NCBI GenBank assembly: GCA_963816145.1
Contig: CAWFJP010000001.1
Span: 160,001-224,000, forward strand
Source of the DNA: an uncultured delta proteobacterium
GTDB lineage: Bacteria; Desulfobacterota; Binatia; UBA9968
DNA length: 64,000 nt
Direction of reading: 5' to 3'
This document shows positions 57,993 to 64,000 of this stretch, piece by piece. The position numbers were made by a program, and so were the translations under genes. A model generated the notes under the pieces. That model searched no databases. It was not told where the DNA came from and saw only the letters and a program-made list of their open reading frames with translations. How positions within the stretch are numbered: the stretch's first letter is position 1; each line of letters opens with the position of its first letter.

Positions 57993-59177
57993 GTGCTAAA
58001 AAGATCGTTTTTGATTTTCTTGCTGGCATTGTTTACCGCCATACCGGCTTCGGGTTGGGCGCAAAAAGGTAAAATCAAGATCGCCGTGCAGGCGCCGCTC
58101 TCGGGCGAACAGGCCGCGCTGGGCGAGCATATCAAACTAGGCGCGCAGCTCGCCGTCGAGGAATCGGTCAAGGCGTTCAAAGCGCTGGGCTACGACCTGG
58201 AACTGGTACCGCAGGACGATCAGGCGAAACCGGAAGTCGGCGTCGCCAACGCCCGTAACATGGTCGCCGATCCGGACGTCCTGGTGATCGTCGGCCATTT
58301 CAATTCCGGCGTCGCTTTGCCGGCCTCGGAAGTGTACAAAGACGCCATGCTGGCGATGATCTCGCCGGCCAATACCGCGACGGAAATCACCGACCGCGGT
58401 TACCCCAACGTCAATCGCGTCTGCGGCCGCGACGATGTCCAAGGCCCGGTCGGCGCGCGCTTTGCCGCTCAAGAGCTCAAAGCCAAGTCGGTTTACATCA
58501 TTCACGACAAGACCCTCTACGGCCAAGGTGTGGCGGACAACTTCCGCAACGAGGCGAAAAAGCTCGGCATCAATGTTTTGGGCTTCGAAGGCACAGAAGA
58601 GCGCGCCAACTTCTCGCCGATGATCAACCCGCTCAAAGCCAAGAATCCCGCGCTGGTTTATTTCGGCGGCATCTATCATCAAGGCGGGCTGCTGCTCAAG
58701 CAGCTGCGCGAGAAGGGCGTGAACGCGAAGTTCATGGGACCGGATGGTTTGGATTCGGCCGAGATGGCCAAGATCGCCGGCAGCTCGGTGGTTGGCAGTT
58801 ATTACACCAGCGTCGCCGGCCCGCCGGACGCGTATCCTGAAACCGCTGCCTTTGCGAAAAAGTTTAAGCAGCGTTTTTCGAAAGATGTCGAAGCCTTTGG
58901 CTTATACGGCTACGATGCCACGCTGGTCGGAATCAAGGCGATGGAACAATGGCTTAAAGCCAATCCAGGCAAAAAGCCCAGCCGCACCGATGTATCCACC
59001 GCGGTGCGCAAAATAAAAGGCTTCAAAGGCGTCACCGGGCCCATCGAATTCGACAGCAAGGGCGATCCGGTTAAAGCAAAGTATTTCGTCCTGCAATTCG
59101 ACAAGCAGTCCTACCCCGGCAAAGTGGTAAAAGTCATCGAACAACAGGCTCCCGCCGCAGCGGCGAAGAAATCGTAA
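57993..59177 (+). CDS. Branched-chain amino acid ABC transporter substrate-binding protein (LivK-like), orphan
   Basis: Signal peptide, APLSG, GHFNSG, GRDDVQG, GVTGPIEFD. Confidence 0.92.
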   Translation: MLKRSFLIFLLALFTAIPASGWAQKGKIKIAVQAPLSGEQAALGEHIKLGAQLAVEESVKAFKALGYDLELVPQDDQAKPEVGVANARNMVADPDVLVIVGHFNSGVALPASEVYKDAMLAMISPANTATEITDRGYPNVNRVCGRDDVQGPVGARFAAQELKAKSVYIIHDKTLYGQGVADNFRNEAKKLGINVLGFEGTEERANFSPMINPLKAKNPALVYFGGIYHQGGLLLKQLREKGVNAKFMGPDGLDSAEMAKIAGSSVVGSYYTSVAGPPDAYPETAAFAKKFKQRFSKDVEAFGLYGYDATLVGIKAMEQWLKANPGKKPSRTDVSTAVRKIKGFKGVTGPIEFDSKGDPVKAKYFVLQFDKQSYPGKVVKVIEQQAPAAAAKKS

Positions 59178-59191
59178 ACTAAAGCACTAAA

Positions 59192-59253
59192 ATCGAAGAT
59201 TGAGGATGGCGGATCGAAGGTCGATTCTCCACCCTCGAGCCTCTATCTTCGAT
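59192..59253. repeat. Inverted heptamer tandem arms (ATCGAAG-type)
   Basis: atcgaag attgagg atggcgg atcgaag ... ctcgagc ctctatc ttcgat. Confidence 0.6.
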
Positions 59254-59281
59254 ATCGTCGACCTTACTTGCAAGTAATTGA

Positions 59282-60370
59282 ATGAAGAAAAAACTAAGAA
59301 TCGCCCTCCTCTTCGGCGGCAAGTCCGCCGAGCATGAAATCTCGCTGATCTCCGCCCGCAACATCGTCGCGGCGATGGACAAAAACAAATACGACATCGT
59401 CGCCATCGGCATCGATAAGCAGGGCCGCTGGCATCTCGACCGGAGCGCGAGACTTTTACTGGGCGGAGAAAGGGCCAAGGTCGAATTTCGCGACGCCAGG
59501 AATGCCGCGGCGATCATGCCGGGTAATAGCGCAACACCGATGGTGCGTCGAAGCGGCGCAGCGGGACTTCCCGGTATCGACGTCGTGTTTCCGATCCTCC
59601 ATGGACCTTTTGGCGAAGATGGCACAGTTCAGGGGTTGTTAAAGCTCGCCAACTTGCCATTTGTCGGCGCCGGCGTGTTGGGCTCCGCGGTCGGCATGGA
59701 CAAAGATGTGATGAAGCGGCTGCTGCGCGACGCTGGGATTTCCATCGGCAAGTTCTTGGCCTTCGAACGCGCGGATAAAATCAGTTTTGCCAAAGTGAAG
59801 CGAACCCTCGGCATGCCGTTGTTCGTCAAACCGGCGAACTTGGGTTCATCGGTGGGTATCAACAAAGTTACCAAGCCCAGCCAGTTCAGCAGCGCGCTCA
59901 AAGAGGCGTTCCGTTACGACAACAAGATCGTTATCGAAGAGTTCATCGCGGGCCGCGAAATCGAGTGTTCCGTGCTCGGCAACGACCACCCCATCGCTTC
60001 ACTACCCGGCGAAATCGTCGTCAACCGCGATTTCTATTCCTACGATGCCAAGTATCTCGACGCGCACGGCTCGCGCCTGGAGATCCCCGCCAAGCTGCCA
60101 GCGAAGGTGATTACGGAAATCCGTCAAACCGCGATCCAAGCTTACAAGGCGCTATGCTGCCAGGGCATGGGGCGAATCGATTTTTTTGTCCAAGCGAACG
60201 GCCGGGTGGTGGTCAACGAGATCAACACCATCCCCGGCTTCACCAAGATCAGCATGTATCCGAAGATGTGGGAAGCTTCCGGGATTCCTTATGCAAAGTT
60301 GATCGACCGATTGATTAGACTGGCACTGGAAAGGTTTCGTCGCGAACAGCGCTTAAGATCGTCCAAATAG
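59282..60370 (+). CDS. ddl: D-alanine--D-alanine ligase (DdlA-type)
   Basis: [41 protein letters not shown]. Confidence 0.96.
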   Translation: MKKKLRIALLFGGKSAEHEISLISARNIVAAMDKNKYDIVAIGIDKQGRWHLDRSARLLLGGERAKVEFRDARNAAAIMPGNSATPMVRRSGAAGLPGIDVVFPILHGPFGEDGTVQGLLKLANLPFVGAGVLGSAVGMDKDVMKRLLRDAGISIGKFLAFERADKISFAKVKRTLGMPLFVKPANLGSSVGINKVTKPSQFSSALKEAFRYDNKIVIEEFIAGREIECSVLGNDHPIASLPGEIVVNRDFYSYDAKYLDAHGSRLEIPAKLPAKVITEIRQTAIQAYKALCCQGMGRIDFFVQANGRVVVNEINTIPGFTKISMYPKMWEASGIPYAKLIDRLIRLALERFRREQRLRSSK

Positions 60371-60754
60371 TCCCGGCCGCGCATGGAACGCGCGTGCGTT
60401 ACATGACATGATCCAAGACCGGCCCCAGGCTTTTGCGCCATCGTAACCGATCCACGCCGGTCCGTTGGCGACCAAGATTTTCTTTAAATCGAAACTCGGC
60501 AGTTGGCAACAGGCCAATCAGCGACGCTCTCTGAGGGCGAGCGATTCATTCGCACGGCGACAAATCTTGGTTCCGCGGCACCAACCAAAGCCCATCGGCG
60601 GCGCGCAAGCTTTGGCGCCGGTACCCACGCGTATCACCGCCGGAAAATTTCGATTGCTCCTCCAGTGGCTAGCCGGCAGATATCCTCGCCGTCCGTCCCT
60701 AGCGGATGCTACGGACGAACGGCACACCGGGGGAGGACCGATGTCGACAGAGGG

Positions 60755-61987
60755 CTAATCCATCTGCCTTCTTAGGAACGTCGGAATGTCGTACTTGTCG
60801 TCATCTTCCTGGTTGGCGCCCAAGGAAAAATTATTCTTGTTGAGCGTCACGGTCTCGATATCTTCGCTGCCCGGTTTCTTGCGTTGCCAGGTCGGCGCAT
60901 CGAGGTCGTCGACGATGGTACCGAGATGCACTACCTTCTTATTCTTCGGCATGGCGCCGGCGAGGTTCGCGACGGTGACCGCCGCCGGGACCTGCACTTG
61001 CACCGGCGCCGCTTTCGTTTCTTCTTTTTCCTCGCCGAAGCCGGTGGCGATGACGGTGATGCGGATCTCGTCGGCCATGCTTTCATCGATCACCGCGCCG
61101 AAAATGATATTGGCGTCGTCATGCGCTTCTTCTTGAATCATCGACGCCGCTTCGTTGACTTCGTGCAGGCAGAGATCCGGTCCGCCGGTAATATTGATCA
61201 ACACGCCGCGCGCGCCCTGAATCGAGATATCTTCGAGCAACGGGCTGGAAATCGCCTTTTGCGCCGCTTCGATGGCGCGGTTCTCACCGCTTGCCGAGGC
61301 CGCGCCCATGAGCGCCAAGCCCATCTCGGCCATCACCGTGCGCACATCAGCAAAGTCGAGGTTGATCAAGCCCGGCGTGATAATCAAATCCGAAATGCCG
61401 CGCACCGCTTGCAGCAAGACATCGTCGGCTTTGTGAAACGCTTCGATCATGGTCGTCGTCTTGGCCGCGATACTGAGCAATCGCTGGTTCGGAATCACGA
61501 TCAAGGTATCGACGCTCTGCTTCAACTCTTCGATGCCTTCTTCGGCCTGGCGCTGGCGCTTTTTGCCTTCGAAAATGAAAGGCTTGGTCACCACGCCGAC
61601 CGTCAGCGCGCCGACTTCACGGGCGATCCGCGCCACTACCGGCGCTCCGCCTGTGCCGGTGCCACCGCCCATGCCGGCAGTGATAAAGATCATGTCGGAG
61701 CCCTCTAAGTACTCCCTGATCTGTTCTTGATCCTCTAATGCCGCGCGCCGGCCGATCTCCGGGTTGGCCCCTGCGCCCAGCCCCTTGGTCACCGTGCCGC
61801 CCAGTTGCACCCGCACTGGCGCGTTGCTCGCTTCCAAGGACTGCGCATCGGTATTCGCCACCATGAAATCGACACCGGTCAGTCTGGCGCCGATCATGGT
61901 GTTGACCGCGTTGCCGCCGCCACCGCCGATACCGATAACCTTGATCCGCGCGGTCATGCTGTTCTGCCGCTCCAATATTTCAAACAT
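60755..61987 (-). CDS. ftsZ: Cell division protein FtsZ
   Basis: [32 protein letters not shown]. Confidence 0.98.
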   Translation of the reverse strand: MFEILERQNSMTARIKVIGIGGGGGNAVNTMIGARLTGVDFMVANTDAQSLEASNAPVRVQLGGTVTKGLGAGANPEIGRRAALEDQEQIREYLEGSDMIFITAGMGGGTGTGGAPVVARIAREVGALTVGVVTKPFIFEGKKRQRQAEEGIEELKQSVDTLIVIPNQRLLSIAAKTTTMIEAFHKADDVLLQAVRGISDLIITPGLINLDFADVRTVMAEMGLALMGAASASGENRAIEAAQKAISSPLLEDISIQGARGVLINITGGPDLCLHEVNEAASMIQEEAHDDANIIFGAVIDESMADEIRITVIATGFGEEKEETKAAPVQVQVPAAVTVANLAGAMPKNKKVVHLGTIVDDLDAPTWQRKKPGSEDIETVTLNKNNFSLGANQEDDDKYDIPTFLRRQMD

Positions 61988-62030
61988 ATTGTCTCCTCCT
62001 CCCACTAAACTTAAAAATCTTCATTCCGGT

Positions 62031-63257
62031 TTAAAAAAACTCACTGAGCCAATCCGACATGCGGTGCTTCACCTTGGCGAGCATCTTGTCGTCCCGCGGC
62101 CGCGCCATGCCGCGCTCCTGCCCCTTCATGCCATGCAACACGAGCCCAACGCCGACGGCGAAGATCGGACTAGCGATGACATCGACCAAACCGTTGACCT
62201 GCGTCGGCACGCCCAAGCGCACCGGCAAACCGAGGGTCCGCTCGGCCATTTCAACGGCGCCCGGCAGTAACATCGAACCGCCGGTGGCGACGATGCCTGA
62301 CGCCAGGGAGCCGTCAAAGCCGGACTTGGCGATTTCTTTCTGAACCAGCTCGAATATCTCTTCCAAGCGCGGCTCGATGATCTCGCAAAGGATTTGTCGC
62401 GATACGGTTCCCGCTTCCTTGCCGGCGATGCTGGGAACTTCGACCCGCTCCTCATCCATCGCCATCGCCGCTTTGGCGAAGCCATAGCGCTGCTTGATGC
62501 GCTCGGCGTCGTTGAACGGCGTGCGCAAACCGGCGGCGATATCATTGGTCACATGATTGCCGCCGATACCGAGCACCGCCGTATGCTTCACCGTGCCGTC
62601 ATGGTAGAGCGTGATATCGGTGGTGCCGCCGCCCATATCGACCAAGACCACGCCCAACTCGCGTTCTTCATCGGTGAGCACCGCTTCGGCGGCGGCCAGA
62701 GGCGCAAGCACGACTTCGGCGACATTGAGTCCGCTGCGATTGCAGCATTTGACGATGTTCTGCACCGAGGTCACCGCGCCGGTCACCACATGCACCTTGG
62801 CTTCCAGACGGACGCCGGACATGCCCAACGGTTCATTAATGCCGTCCTGCTCGTCGATAATGTAGTCCTGCGGCAAGACATGCAGCACTTCGCGGTCCAT
62901 CGGGATCGCCACGGCTTTGGCGGCGTCGATCACTCGGTCGAGATCGCGCTGCGCCACCTCTTTATTCTTCACTGCGACGATGCCGTGGCTGTTGAACGAT
63001 TTGATGTGACCGCCGGAAATACCCGCGAACACCGTATGAATCTCGCAGCCGGCCATCAACGCCGCTTCCTCCACCGCTCGTTTGATCGAACTGACGGTGC
63101 TCTCGATGTTGATGACGACGCCCTTGCGCAAGCCCGACGACGCATGGGTGCCGACACCAATGATGTCGACACCGCGCTCGGTCATCTCGCCGACGACGGC
63201 GCAAACTTTCGACGTTCCGATATCCAGGCCAACAACAATGCTATTTTTCTTCGCCAT
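62031..63257 (-). CDS. ftsA: Cell division protein FtsA
   Basis: GLDIGTSK, GMSGVRLE, DMGGGTTD, AERIK. Confidence 0.98.
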   Translation of the reverse strand: MAKKNSIVVGLDIGTSKVCAVVGEMTERGVDIIGVGTHASSGLRKGVVINIESTVSSIKRAVEEAALMAGCEIHTVFAGISGGHIKSFNSHGIVAVKNKEVAQRDLDRVIDAAKAVAIPMDREVLHVLPQDYIIDEQDGINEPLGMSGVRLEAKVHVVTGAVTSVQNIVKCCNRSGLNVAEVVLAPLAAAEAVLTDEERELGVVLVDMGGGTTDITLYHDGTVKHTAVLGIGGNHVTNDIAAGLRTPFNDAERIKQRYGFAKAAMAMDEERVEVPSIAGKEAGTVSRQILCEIIEPRLEEIFELVQKEIAKSGFDGSLASGIVATGGSMLLPGAVEMAERTLGLPVRLGVPTQVNGLVDVIASPIFAVGVGLVLHGMKGQERGMARPRDDKMLAKVKHRMSDWLSEFF

Positions 63258-63298
63258 ATCCTTCTATCTGCCGGTTCGAATAATTGTTTCCGGCCCCT

Positions 63299-64000
63299 CT
63301 AATCCCTTTTTCCTCGCACACGGGCCACCACTTGATCGCGAAAACTCATATCCAAGGACGCCAACCGCTCCTCGTTGCCCTTCCACAATTCCAACAAACG
63401 ATCCAAGCGGGCGATCTTCTCCTCCCAATCGCCCCACCCCAAGCGCCACGCCACCGGAAATTTCGTCGGATACACCACCAAGCGGTCCGGCGCCTCGAAA
63501 TGAATCTCGGACAGCGTATGCGAGTGCTGCGCCATCAGATCCGTCAAACGTATGGCGTCGCGGATGCGGTTACGTGCCGCCGGATCGCCACGCAGCAGCG
63601 TTTCGGCATAGATGCCGGTGATCATCGGATATTTGATATACTCGCCGGAATCGACTTCCTTGAAGACAACGCCGTCGGCGTCGATGTAATAGAGCTTGCC
63701 GGCGCCGACGATCGCTTTCGGCGTGCGCTCTTCGACCTCGATGACGACCCGGCGCGGGAAATCGCGGCGCACCAACACCCGGCGCACCCAAGGATGTTTG
63801 GCGATTTTTTTCTCGATTGCGACCGCGTCGACGTTCCAGACATTCATGCCGCGGCGCAGTCCGGCGATGGCGACGATCTCGTCGCCGCCGACTTTCTCGC
63901 TGCCATGGACTTCGATCTGGCGCACGGCGAAGTAGCGGTTGTCGACGATAAAATCCCGCGTCGAACGCATGGCGATGGCAACCGGACCGCGGAGACGATG
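63299..64000 (-). CDS. ftsQ: Cell division protein FtsQ/DivIB, 5'-truncated by window edge
   Basis: POTRA-like region (HPWVRRVLVRRDFP..IEVEER), upstream of ftsA. Confidence 0.88.
   Translation of the reverse strand, partial: HRLRGPVAIAMRSTRDFIVDNRYFAVRQIEVHGSEKVGGDEIVAIAGLRRGMNVWNVDAVAIEKKIAKHPWVRRVLVRRDFPRRVVIEVEERTPKAIVGAGKLYYIDADGVVFKEVDSGEYIKYPMITGIYAETLLRGDPAARNRIRDAIRLTDLMAQHSHTLSEIHFEAPDRLVVYPTKFPVAWRLGWGDWEEKIARLDRLLELWKGNEERLASLDMSFRDQVVARVRGKRD

Noticed and set aside
60370-60755. Absence of lpxC after ftsZ as evidence that LPS is replaced by sphingolipid
   Set aside because: The ftsZ-lpxC linkage is not universal; cannot be judged from one window

Overview
Bacterial chromosome segment, probably from a deltaproteobacteria-like lineage such as Ca. 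Binatota (inferred from gene content only). (1) 1-13.3 kb is an accessory, decaying region. It holds an IS1182 copy, a PilZ protein, relics of HsdR, a RelE/HigB toxin and an integrase, a DUF559 gene bracketed by REP-like repeats, a peptide-type ABC importer without ATPase, VOC, amidohydrolase, SDR and MarR genes, and a 3' half of tRNA-Gly. (2) 13.7-44.6 kb is a ~31-kb sphingolipid biosynthesis, decoration and export cluster. Core genes: fatty acyl-AMP ligase, ACP, serine palmitoyltransferase, CerR-like reductase and bCerS-like GNAT. Export genes: an ABC flippase and a dedicated LptF/LptG pair. Tailoring genes: two ELM1/GtrOC1 proteins (one a GT8-like fusion), GT2, a WaaZ/DUF115-like protein, two SGNH proteins, desaturase, 2OG oxygenase, P450, sulfotransferase, an NTP transferase and two CDP-alcohol phosphotransferases, plus a relic of a DES1-type sphingolipid desaturase. 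The cluster is followed by a second, inverted IS1182 copy and an integrase relic abutting tmRNA. (3) 46.6-64 kb is core genome: ssrA, smpB, panC/panB with a pan-like leader, dNK, frameshifted nagZ, gshA, mtnA, acpS, HtrA, pirin, LivK-like, ddl and ftsZ/A/Q, with several REP-like repeats. All product calls come from motif recognition, not database searches.
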